Positions 24,130-36,200 of a stretch of 64,000 bases of DNA are shown here, one piece after another (within the stretch, counting starts at the first letter, position 1; the number at the start of each line of letters is the position of its first letter). The DNA comes from Enoplolaimus lenunculus (Eukaryota): the NCBI GenBank assembly GCA_030248215.1, contig JASANG010004131.1, forward strand, positions 310,001 through 374,000, written 5' to 3'. The position numbers and the translations under genes are program-made. The notes under the pieces are model-generated. The model did no database searches. It saw nothing but the letters and a program-made list of their open reading frames with translations, and was not told the DNA's origin.

Positions 24130-27100
24130 ATGCTGTGGGTACGCGTATCTGATATATCATTATTTGCGCCTCATGATTGTTATTATATTCTATATAACGG
24201 AAAGTGTTTGTACGATGTTTCCCATCTGAATCCGGAATGTTATGTTGAACTGAAACCAAGGCTTAAAGGCGGCAAAGGAGGTAAATATGAGACTGGGCTT
24301 ACCCTCGGTCCGGTATTAACCGTGACTACTTGATATTGCTGTATAAATGTATTCTGTGCAGCAACTGCGACATGCGGAGCGGATGCATGGAAGAAAAATA
24401 AAAAACCTCATGCTGATGCTGCTGATGCCAGGATTCTAACAGGAATTAAGTTTTACCGGAACAGGAACAGGAATTGCAGGAACCGAAACAGGAACAGGAA
24501 CCGGGATTTGATTGTAATTTGCATCACCGAATTACTCTTCGATTTTTTAGAAAACTAGCCAGAAAATGGTTTAAGCGAATTTTCAGCTGTCTTATTATCA
24601 AGTTTTGTGTAACACTAGGGAACGACCGGATCCAAAATTTTGCATATACCGGATCCGAATCCGGATCCGGGTCTTAAAATTTAGATCCGGCCCGGATTCG
24701 GATCCGGATCTTACTAGCTGGATGATTTTTCAATACCTAACGTATATAAAATACAAAAAGGTCAACTGATTGTTTCGCAAAATTAGTCAACAAAACTTAC
24801 AGCAACTAAAAAAAGAAGTCTTTAAAATTTTTATGTTTGTTCTTCTTCCGCAACAACACTGGTCTTCACGTGGATGTCATTAACCTGACATTGCAACAAA
24901 GCATTAACCCTTTCTCACATGAATATTTTCTATTTCCCATGAGACCTACTTTTATGCTAGTATTCGAACTCCAGTGACTGGAGTGGGAGGCGTATACCAT
25001 CACCACGCAGCTATAGGAGCTTGACGCTCGAGCCCGAGGGGCTCTCACGTCTTGTGGTGATTTAGTACCACGTATACGTGTTGCAATTGTTAAACCATGG
25101 TGCGATATATACTATTTAACGTATATACACTGCGCTGAGTTGCCTACAGGCAACTCAATGTGAGAAGGGGTTAATGCTCACACAGGACTTATTAGATTAC
25201 GTACGCATAGTTGAAATACATACACCAATTTTAGTATGTTTTTGTTTGCATATATATCAAATTTCGGATCCGGAGATCCGGTAGTTTATTTTACCGGATC
25301 CGGATTCGGATCCGGATCTTAAAAATTGCAGAGATCCCCCCGGATCCGGATCTCGGATCCGGTCGATCCCAACGTAACACATCAGGTTTTGCCACAAAAC
25401 CGTAAAAATTCCTGTGTTCAATTTTCTCCTGCATGTTTGAATGCAGGAACACGATCAGAAATTGAATTTCTGTAGGAATTATGGCCAGAACAGGAATTCC
25501 GGTGGAACCCTGGCTGATGCATACGTATGTAGTGTAGTGTCTTCATATGTAAAAGCGGTAAAAACATGGAAGAACCAAGATGTATAAGTGTAATGTAGAG
25601 GTTCTAAAGAAGCATAAAAACAGAAAAAACCATGTAGTTGATTGTGAGGCTGCATGGCTCAGAGGTAGCGCGCTGCATTGAGAATCTACCGGCTTTGGGT
25701 CCTGGGATCGAAACCTCTTAACAACGACCCTCATTTTCAACTGCAATCATTCAGAGCGAAAAACTTGTATCCTAGCCTGTCCATCTTATGACAGGATCCA
25801 TTAACTAAAGGTTGACATATGCACCAGGTCTTTAAGCATGTGGTTTTTCAAGTTTGTTTAATACGAATAGTATCTTGGAGTTCATCGTATGATGAATTTG
25901 AACATCTTGTGTAATATTTGCAATAGAAATTCTAAATACAGTTGAATAAAATCTTAATATCCATGTTCAACAGAAATGGAATTTCTATCTTGGACTTACG
26001 ACCATACCGATTTTTATTGCCTGTGCGTAACTAGAGTTATAACAAATCTCGGACCCGGAATTTTGTCAATCAAAGCCCGGATCTGCAGACGGAATGGCGA
26101 AAAAAACCCCGGTCCCGTCTTCAAATTTCTACAATGTATGCCTAAAGTTTTTGAAAGGATACGAAATTTATAGGACAAATAGTTGACGTAGATTTTGTCT
26201 TAAAATAACTTTTCGCTACGAGGTATAGTTTTCGCAGAGTGGGGTATCCAATCCACCCTAGCAGTAGCGAACCTCCGAAATATTAAGTGATGCCGGCCAT
26301 GTCAAGCCGTTCCACGTACGCGCCAGTTGAAGGAAACCTCGAGAGCTAATTGAGCGCAAACCAACCGCATTTTATTTGCACATGAATTCGGTACAAAACC
26401 TTAATTAGAATGCGTCCATATGAAGATAATACATTTCAATTTCGTAATACCCAGACTTGGAATTTTCCAAACTCAAAACCAGGAAATATTTTGTAATTTT
26501 TGAACTAATACTTTTTAGTTCCACCTGCATATGTGAATATACACGTAGTTGTGTATTATGGTTTTAAGTTTTGTTCGACACACCACCGGTTTCATGAAAC
26601 AGTTCGTTTTTGTTAGTATTTAAAATTGCATTGTATTGTCTGATACGATGTTATTTTTTGTTTCATACTGTATAGGACGTTATGCACTGGAAAGACAGCT
26701 CATATATACATACGGAGCTGAACAATAATGTTCCGCGCATTTAATCGAAGTGAACCATGAAGATTGCTTTTATGTAATTGTTTTTAGGCTTTGGATCATT
26801 GCTACGATCGTTTGGAAATCATTGTAGCAAATCCAGCAACCAAGATGCGTGCCGCGATTTAAGTGGGCGGCGATTGAAAGACGTCAACGAAGAGAAAAAG
26901 TACAACACTGCTAAGTCTAATTGTTAGTGTAATAAATGAGAAAACGAAAATTTTATGCTTGTAAATTTTCCGCAGTACAAGTAAAGTTTTATTTTGTTTG
27001 TCACAAACAAAGCCTTATTAGAGTGTGTCGTTTCGTAAAGTTTTGAGTTTTTCGTAACTAGTTCATCATCATCGTTAGTTTATCGTAATTCATGCCATGT

Positions 27101-28516
27101 CTTTATAGGCTGAAAGCGTGGATTGCAAAAGCTGCTGAAAGAGAACGCATTCGGCAACAGAAACGAAAGGAGCGACTTGAGAGATTAGCAGCCGTACCGA
27201 AGCATAATTTCGAAGACGCAGAATATTTTGATACAAAACAAAAGATAATGGAAGATTCGGCAGATGCTGTAGCGTGCGGTACGGTTTTCTTATATGCTCA
27301 GTTAAAAATTTTGCTCACAAATAGGAACACCCTCAAGAGATTTTGTCTGTTTGCCATAAGTAAAACACACTCTGTGATATAAAGCTCGTTTTCAGAAATG
27401 TAAAATCGAATATCCCAATTTCAAAAAGGTTTATTGAAAATTTCAAAGTTTTGCTATTTTTGCACACAAAACATTTTTCTGCTGGTGTTAGATATTTTGC
27501 CTTAAATTGCAAACAAAATCATAAAACATTTTGTCTCTTTTAGCCAAGCTGAATTTTGATGTTTCGGTTAATGTGAATGCGGTTTTAGGTTAGCTTGTTA
27601 GCGACACATTTTCCATTGTAAATTGCATCATAGCTTTAAGAATTGTCTATTTTAGCGATTTCCCAGCCATGTGAAGACTGCAAACCATCGACTAGTGAAT
27701 CATCGGGCCGTGTTCAAATTGGCACAAAGCGAAAACTTCAGGGTACCAAAAAAGGCAAAGAGCCTGCTGCAAAAACATTTCTTTGGTGAGTGCTATTTAT
27801 GCGGAGTTGAGTTTATTACTGCATTTTCCTAGTTGGTAGGGAGTATAGAGCCGCTTTAATTAACTTTCCCAGGTTATAATACATACTCGCTTCCGTAAGT
27901 TACAACTTGGTTTGTATGCTCAGTTTCATTGTGTGGTGGTCAGCGTGATTGGTCCAGAAATTTCTGAGCATAAATATGTATTATACGCCAGTGTAGATGC
28001 TAGATACGTATCTCGCGATTTTGCAAAGGGTCAAAACATGATCCCCAATTCATAGTACAAAGAACTGCCGGTTACCTATTCCGCTCGCTCTGCTTCTTAT
28101 CAGTGTTTTTACGAATTGAGTCAGCTATGCTATTAGTACATAAGATTAATCCCAAAAACCGAAGCATTGTAAGGCACAACACATTTATCGGAAAACCTGA
28201 GTTGCTGAAATGCATGTCTACCGAATACATTTGATGCAATAATTAACACATTTTAAAATACTTCAACTAAGTCGGGCGTAAGTCGTAAAAATGTTAAATA
28301 TGAACGATTTCAAGGTTATGTGGTTTACCGCTACTAAATTGGGGTAAAATTGTAAGCATTTTGGCGTAAATTCAGTTCGAAATGGTTATTAGTTATGTTG
28401 TATAAAATTTACTTTCTTGAAATATTTTCAGGACCGGCATCGATGACGACTTAAGTACAAGTGAAGAAGAATGTGATGCTGACAGTGAATGTAAACAGGC
28501 GACTAGTGAGTCGTAA
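24130..28516 (+). CDS. SDE2: SDE2 (ubiquitin-fold-activated splicing/replication-stress regulator), about 215 aa; exons 24130-24280, 26788-26899, 27109-27278, 27656-27785, 28432-28516
   Basis: The spliced product contains the diagnostic [18 protein letters not shown]...[20 protein letters not shown], then [32 protein letters not shown], and FLWTG plus an acidic tail. All introns are GT-AG with consistent phases (648 nt total). Confidence 0.93.
24616..25372. mobile_element. hAT-like MITE (middle layer), TAGGG terminus, GGATCC-rich subterminal repeats
   Basis: tgtaacac|tagggaacgaccggatcc ... ggatccggtcgatcccaa|cgtaacac (7/8 TSD match). Confidence 0.88.
24904..25174. mobile_element. piggyBac-like TTAA MITE (inner layer) containing a tRNA-like A/B-box segment; copies at about 58616-58900 and 59989-60357
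   Basis: TTAA-ccctttctcacat ... atgtgagaagggg-TTAA (12/13 TIR match). Confidence 0.85.
25648..25718 (+). other. tRNA-like fragment (SINE head or tRNA pseudogene)
   Basis: tggctcagaggtag A-box-like and ggatcgaaacc B-box-like motifs; no convincing cloverleaf. Confidence 0.45.
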
Positions 28517-30789
28517 ATTGGTCTATTAATTTCGCCTAACGATAGCTCTGCTGTTGTCCGAAACCTATGTTTCTGCAGACATAATTGGGTAGTTAGTAGC
28601 CTATTTTTTGCAAATACAGCCGCTGTTAAATGCGAAGACTTAAACTCCAACAGTGATAAACGATTATGATTTTATGAGAACGATTTATTCCAATTAACTT
28701 TTTCAAACATAAATGTAAAGTAAAGTCATCGCAGTTTCCTGATCAACTGCAGCAAGTGAAATTGATAGTATTTCAACTCACTTCAAAGTGTATCGGTGAG
28801 GAATCGGTAATTTCGTTGCACTGCCGATGTCAATACTCGCGAAAAGTGTATTACCGATGCCGATTAATCGGCACAATCTCTACTTCGAACCCTGTGCGTT
28901 TGCTAGCACAGCCTGGATTAGGCTTAGGATTTTGTGAGGCATATATTTAGGCTTACGTTTGGGTTTACGATTTAGGGGTTTTAAGAGTGAATGTCCTAGC
29001 AACATTATAGGCTTTGATAATCACGGTTCTCCCGCAAATTTTATCGAATATATAGGTTTCGAATCTGTATCGCTGTTGAAGAAAAACTAAATACTTAAAA
29101 GTTGTCACAACATAAATATAGGCTTCAAAACTGTTCTGTTGTCCCAGCGTATACGGGCTTTAAAACTGTCCCGGTTGTTTAAACACAAATAAATATTGCC
29201 ATGAATGCGAGATAATGTATTGATTTTCTGCGCTTATGTGCATATTTATTCGTCAGTGCCTGTCTCCGTGATATAAATACTGGAAATTATGTTATTTTTA
29301 TACTCAAAATTAGTTAAAAATCACGTATATATCTCGCAATTTTTCGTTATTAGGTATAATTCACGTATATTTCGCAAATTTTCTGTACAAATGTTGCAAT
29401 TATTGTTCGATATGAAATAAAAATTACGAAATTTGTCTAAGATCCTAAAAATTTCGGTGCATCCACTAATTTTTCTTGAAATTTGAGAAAGCACTGTAAA
29501 TATCTGCATGGCTAAAATTATGTTGGCAGAAAAAGGAAACATTTTGAAACTGTTATACTTCAATATCCGTTTTCCGTTTTCGTTATTTTGATCAGTCTAT
29601 TTTTGCCAGTGATAAAAAACGGTATCTTGTATAATTCAAGCGTTGGTTTGGTGTACATACATTTTGTTTTGATGCGCATGTTTTTACAGTAAAATATATC
29701 TGTTGTGATTCTGAGCTTTGATTACTATAAGTTTGGTGTGCTCATAACTTATGCTTTTCGCAGTCTTGTTTGCTTGGAACTGGTTTCGTATTGAGACGTA
29801 TAAGGTACAGATTATTCATAGAACTGTGATGGCAGTCTGTAATACATACTATCAGAACCTGGTTGAAACAGGAAGTCTGGTTCCGGTAGGGAAATCAGGT
29901 ATTTTTCACTATCTGGATCCGGTAATAAATAAAATTCGAATATTCTAACTGATTTCTCTAAATTGTCCGAGCGTGTATTGCCAAAATTTTAAATTTGTGC
30001 CATACTCCATAAGTTATCGTGTTACTACCTTCTGTATTTGCTTCAAGATTTTGGTATTCTATCCCTACACGATTTTTGAGAAGTACTGATTGATCCCAAA
30101 CTTATGGTATTACGATGAAAAGTTGTGTAGTCACATTAGCTAAATTCAGGACCGGAACTTCGCTTTTCGACCAAGAGTGTTCTTGCATTGGCAATCCTTA
30201 TCCGTCATCACTGCACTATTTTAAGATTGCTTTTCGTTCAGCAGACAAGCAACATCTATCCGGCTGCAATCTGGCCTACTGTATCACGGCTGGACTACAC
30301 TGCCACAAGTTTCGGTACTGGGAGTAGTGTTGTGCAATCACCACTTTTTCTACTTGCCGGTCAGCCAATATACAAATTTAAAAAATTATCAAGCATTTGT
30401 ATAATGATTCGGAGAGCAACAGTAAAAATCAACTTCGAAGCGTATATTTTTTACAAGAAAATAAAGTGCCCCAAAGCTCATATAAAGAAACATGTGGAAA
30501 AGCAGTATGTTTATCTCGCATTCGCATTAAGATATAATACTACGCATAGTTACACACATGTGCAACTGGACTAAGGCTTCTTCGGCCCTTACAGTGCTTT
30601 TTGCTTCCAACTACGCTGACCAATAGAAATTTATTTCACCTCGTTTCTACATATTACAAATTTCTTTCTGATGCAGTTTGGAAATCTATTTTTTGAATGG
30701 TCCTTGCGGAGCATTTTAACTCCTAGTTCCCACTATTATTGTCAAAAAACATTTATACATATGTACTCCAGTGAACCAGTCGAAGTGGG

Positions 30790-31850
30790 ACTACATTTAT
30801 TGAGCGAAGCTCGAACACACGTAAGCAATTAAGGTAATATGCCAATTAGTTATTAGCTAACTATTCATTTATCGGTTTTGGAGGTTTGTAAGCAATTTCC
30901 TCAAATTCCTCGCACCCAAAAACCCTTCAGCCACCCTAATAATTTCTGGAATAATTTCAAAAGTCCTAATTTTGTCTTGTCAATTAAGCTGATATGCAAA
31001 TTACCTATTAGCTAACTATTCAATTATCGGTTTTGGAGGTTTTTAAACAATTTATTCAGATTCCTCGCACCCAAAAACCTTCAGTAAACCCTAATAATTA
31101 TTGAAATAATGTAGAAAAGACCTATAGTTTTGTCTTGTCAATTAAGCTAATATGCAAATTAGCTATTAGTTAACTATTCAATTATCCGTTTTGGATGTTT
31201 GTAAACTATTTATTCAAATTCCTCGCACCTAAAAACCTTCAGTAAACCCTAATAATTATTGAAATAATTTAAAAAGTCCTAGTTTTGTCTTGTCAATTAT
31301 GCTAATATGCAAATTAGCTATTAGCTAACTATTCAGTTATCGGTTCTGGATGTTTGTAAACTATTTATTCAAATTCCTCGCACCTAAAACTCTTTAGTGC
31401 TGAAATTATATTGCTGCTAACCTTAATAATTAGTGAAATATTGTAAAAAGTCCTAATTTAGGCTTATAAACTATGCTAATATGCTAATTATCTATTAGCT
31501 AACTGCTCAATTATCGGTTTTGGAGGTTTGTATACAGTCTACGCAGATTCCTCGCTCCCAAAAACCCTTTAATGCTAAAATTAGATTGCTTCTAACTGTA
31601 ATAATTAGTGAAATATTGTGGGAAGTCCTAATTAAGGCTTAAATAATTATGCAAATTAGCATGTAGCTAATAACGGCTTAAAATTTTAAAACCCCAATGC
31701 GAGGTTAACACCCCAGGATAATTGGCTTTCAAACATAAAAAAGTTAATCAAAATCGGTTCAGCCGGTCCTGAGATTCTTTTCGGACGGGCAGACGGACAT
31801 CCACCTTTCGACCCCCAAGCACAAAACATAAAACGGTTCGGTAGTTTCAA
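30790..31850. repeat. About five tandem 155-174 bp units inside a DINE-1/Helentron-like non-autonomous element
   Basis: tattagctaactattca-like anchor at 30851, 31006, 31164, 31319 and 31493, followed by caaaatcggttcagccg...cggacgggcagacggaca, which resembles DINE-1/HINE cores. The family call is an inference. Confidence 0.75.
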
Positions 31851-33224
31851 CTAATGATTCAATCTTAACATTGACCACAATGATAACAGTAGACAACATT
31901 TTCAGCTAAAAGTTTTAGAATCAAAATCTAAATAAGATTTAGAATATTAAATTGATGAAGTCAAATTTTTTTAGCTTTTTCTGTTATGGTCAGTAGCTGG
32001 CCAGTTATGGTTATTGGCAATGGCCGGTGCACAACATAGCTAGAAAACTCATATCCTCGCGCATTCCTGCTCCTAGATAAAACCTCTGGCCACCGAAGTA
32101 GGGTGAAAACTCACACCAGGGTAGTAACAAGGTCCGGTTTCGGTTCTGAAAAAACCGAATGAAAAACCAAATCCAACACTGTTTGGCAATATGTTTTTTC
32201 ATTTTTAAACAATAAAATTTAAGTAAATTGTTATATAAATCAATATTTTTATTACAGGTTACAAATATCAGGACTGAGGTCGAGTTTGAAATATTAATAC
32301 CAACGTTTAAAGTTATGCTGCTGGCACACGTTGATATTCTGAAACAAATTATAGATATATTTGAAATTCGCAAAATGCAAGTTCGGATTCAGATTCTACA
32401 AATTAGCAATGGATTCGGGGCCGGATTCAGTAGAATCGTGGATTCGGTGCCACCTTAAGAGCGTGTTCAAAGATATTTTTGGAAAGTAGCGTGGTCGAAA
32501 AAGTAAGAAAAAAAACGGGGTCCCGCACCGTCCATTTTCGGATTTCAGAAAACGTCTAGACTTCGGTGGAATCGTAAGTGACTTCTCTAAGTGTAAGTCT
32601 ACAAAAGTCGCCGACACGAAATTTTGTTTTGTACTTTTGGTACAATTTGTTTCCTTAAAATGTATCACTTTAAGCTCTGATGCATAAAATAATTATGGTT
32701 AAAAAGGGCATGCTAGTCGGATGGGCCTCGGGCCTCCTAGTCATACGGGCCCCAGACCGTCTGGTCATTGGGCGCCGGGCATCCCACCACCTTAATCCGG
32801 CCCTGATAAGTATTTTTCCGGTTCCCGTATTTTTTAACTTTTCGGTTCCGGTATCTTATAATTCCGGTTGTACCCTGATCAGAACGCAACTAAATGTCTA
32901 TAGTATCTGAATACAACTGAAGGTTTGGTTCCCGCCGTACAAAAATCTGTTAAAAATGCTCTAAATTGTTTTAATTGGACAGAATTTAATCTTATTAAAA
33001 GAAATCAGTAAAAACTGGCAAACTTTCGTTTTCAATTCCACAATTTTGCACTTTTGTTCAATTCCGCGTATTAAACAAGTGCATATATGTAAGCGAGGTT
33101 TTAGAATAAAAAGTACAAAAACGAATAAGTTTAAATTTATTTGGAAATTTTCCCAAATTATGCGCCAACATTTACAGTTTTGATACGTATTTTCCAGAGT
33201 AACGTTTTCAACATATCACAGAGT

Positions 33225-36200
33225 ATGGTTGTGTTAACAAGCGATCTGTTGTCTAAAGATGAAGCTACAAGTATTGCAGATATTTTATGCGGTGCTTTCC
33301 TGCGTGAGTTATCACCGTTAGTCCGTTCTGGTCAGTGCGTCAGCGGAAAAAATTTTGAACAATTGAAAAATAATGGTATCGAAGTATTACGCTTTGCCGC
33401 GTCTCACATGATCACTGGCCGCTTGACTGAACGCATTTCGCAGTTGGTACGCGAAATTGGAGCAATGTTTGGAATGGACTGTTGTTATCCAGTAGCTGGT
33501 TCGGATGGCGTTGCGTTGAATTCGATTTCAAATTGTCAAACAAAACTACTAGCAATTGATTTAGCGTCGGGGATTGTAAAATATGCTCACGATTGTGACA
33601 CGACAAAGAAGTGTCTTGTCGATGTTAGTGTTGGAAAGACAATAAAGAACATGACAGGTGAGCCAAATCTAGTTAAAATCTTTACGAAAAGGGATTGTTT
33701 TCAGTTGCGTTTTGGTGGCGAAATCCTTTTCACTTTAGAGCGATGTTTTTGTTTTCATTTAGGTTATATTGGATTTAGTCAGGGTCGAAACATGGTGGCA
33801 AACAGAATACTTCTGAACACTATTGATGGGTAGTTGAAACTCTTAGTGATATGGCCACTGTTTGCGGTATATTTATAATATTTAGGAGTAAATTGGAACT
33901 GTCGCTGACAAACCTGGTAATATTTGTGTAGTTGTGCCAGTTGTGGTGGATAATGTCCACATTGAAGAAGACCATGCAATTATGTAAATAGCACATTGGC
34001 ACCGGCTAAGGAGTAGTTGGGCTGAATAGCAGTGTGGCCTAATTGTGATGACGGTGAAACACTGTTGCATTTTACAAACTGTTAAAAATGATACTCATAC
34101 TTTTTAATGAGGGTACAGTAAAATTGCAATGTGGTGTTACGTTTTGTACCACGTGTTTGGTAAAGTTGTACATATTATACTTATGCCAACAGTCATCGTC
34201 GATTGTTGTTGTACGTACCGGGGTTCAACCGACCGCCAACAAATGTCAGAGCCGGGTATTTAAGAGTATATTTCAACAAAGCGTTAATCTTAAGTTAGTT
34301 TAGTACTATTTGCTGCGTATTAATATGTTCCGGATATTACAAAACTGCTTTTTAGTAAAAATACTAGCTATGCTTTAGTAAACATACTTTTGCACGACTC
34401 AATATTGGTACCAACTATATAAATTTATATATTATGCCAAGTTAATATCCTGTTTCGGTTCCGGTAAACAATGTACTATCCGGCTCCGGTTGTGTTATCT
34501 GGTAAAAATTAGTATCTGCTGTTGCACCCTGAACTTGTACTGATATTACTGCTCTAAAGATTTACTAGATTTCAAGGTCATTCCAGATCATGAACGTACA
34601 GAGAGCACGACACACGCGTTGGTAAAACTATACGAAAATATCGCTAACTGGGACAGATTAACTTCCGAGAAGGGCGTGGTGGTTCAACAATTTCGTGAAG
34701 CTGTGGATTCGCTGTTTAATCATTGTATTCGATTGCGCAGTACACGTTTGGTGACGGTGTTCTGCCAGGCAATGTTGAAGACATCGTTTGTGAGCAACGA
34801 TATAAAAACGGTAAGAATGGCTGTCTTTTCCTAAGACCCTTGACGGAGCTTTAATTTTGTCTATGACAAATTTAGATAAAATTTCTTAGCGAAGCAACTA
34901 GAAACCAAATTACTGACGCAAAAACTAAATTACTGACGCAAAAACTGTAAAACAAGCTTGATGTTCTTGCTGAAATTGCTTTTAATAGTAAAGACTGATG
35001 ATGCTTGTAACTAGTGAAATTACCATGCTTTAAAAATAAAGCCATGACTTAGTTGCTGTTATTTTTTGATAGGCTGTATTTTAGATAGAAGGATTGCAAC
35101 AATGTATTGAACGTTATTCTTCGCAGCAACCGGAATTGGGCACATTCAGGTTAGATTGTATCGAAGAGAACAAATTAGCGGAATGCTTATTGGTGGCGAT
35201 GTATTATTTTGCGGAAATGAAAAAGAATTTGAATAGGAATTCAGGTACTTAAATAAGTACTGAGCGGTGAGCACCTATCAACAGATACTTGGTTTTGTAA
35301 CTTAACAACCAGAGAACAATAAGCATCTAAACTTTACATGTTGTTGATCCACTCCTGTGCAGGTTTTCGGATACACAGATGCTATAGTCCACTCATTTGC
35401 GGACTTATTACTAACTGGCGAGCTATGCTACACACCGATAACGAATCCGGTAATTGAATTAAATTTTTCCGGAGAACAGCTGGAATTATTTTTTGTTGCG
35501 CTAGAATCATAAACTGAAAATAGTCGCTATTGCATATTTCATGTATGTACATTGTTTGCGTTAGCTATTTCATAATTAGCGTTTGTAGTGTTTAATGCTC
35601 GAAACGCAGATGCGTATGGAATCGCGATAACAATCTCGGTTCGAGTTGCGATTGTAATCGTGTTTACAAACAATACTTAGAAACTCATACTAGGAATTTG
35701 CTGATGCAGCCGCGGGCTTGACCGCAGTTATCTGTTGCATTTCAAATTGCGTTTCTGAGCGATTACATCAAAGTAGCGAGCAGTTTTGATTTTAACATTT
35801 TGTTTGGAACGCAGTCGCTATTGCACTTAATTATGTTAATGGTTGCAACACCAAACATACGTCTTTATTACTTTTGTTTTTCAGTAGATTTTGTTCGCAC
35901 GTCGTTGGTATCAAAATCTGTATTTGTATGTCGACTTTCTTCTGCGCTGTTAAAGTTGTTGATATCACAAATTGAATTGCAATCAGACGAAATGAACATT
36001 TGGATGGAGTATGTCTCGCTGTTTGATACCTTGCAAGAACCTCAGGTAATTTTGTCCCGGTTACGATCGTGGCACCCCGGTTTAAGCCTCCACAAGGGTA
36101 CACGCCGTCGGATACAATGTTTACTCAGGACTTTGTGGTCGGTCGTTGTCGATGCGTATTTAGGAATGTTAAATCACATAAGGTGTACCGTAAATGTTAA

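Larger units (their letters stand above)
24429..25512. mobile_element. hAT-like MITE (outer layer) with perfect TSD gctgatgc in SDE2 intron 1; relative at about 740-1130
   Basis: gctgatgc|caggattc...gaaccctg|gctgatgc; subterminal caggaa repeats. Confidence 0.9.

Noticed and set aside
30677..30820. Open 48-codon phase-0 candidate exon upstream of TARBP1
   Set aside because: Its 3' part appears to overlap the start of the Helentron-like repeat, it has no recognisable homology, and the model is already near full length from ATG 33225. It cannot be fully excluded.
28516..33225. SDE2-TARBP1 operon
   Set aside because: Same strand with possible trans-splice sites, but the 4.7-kb repeat-filled gap gives no positive evidence without SL data.
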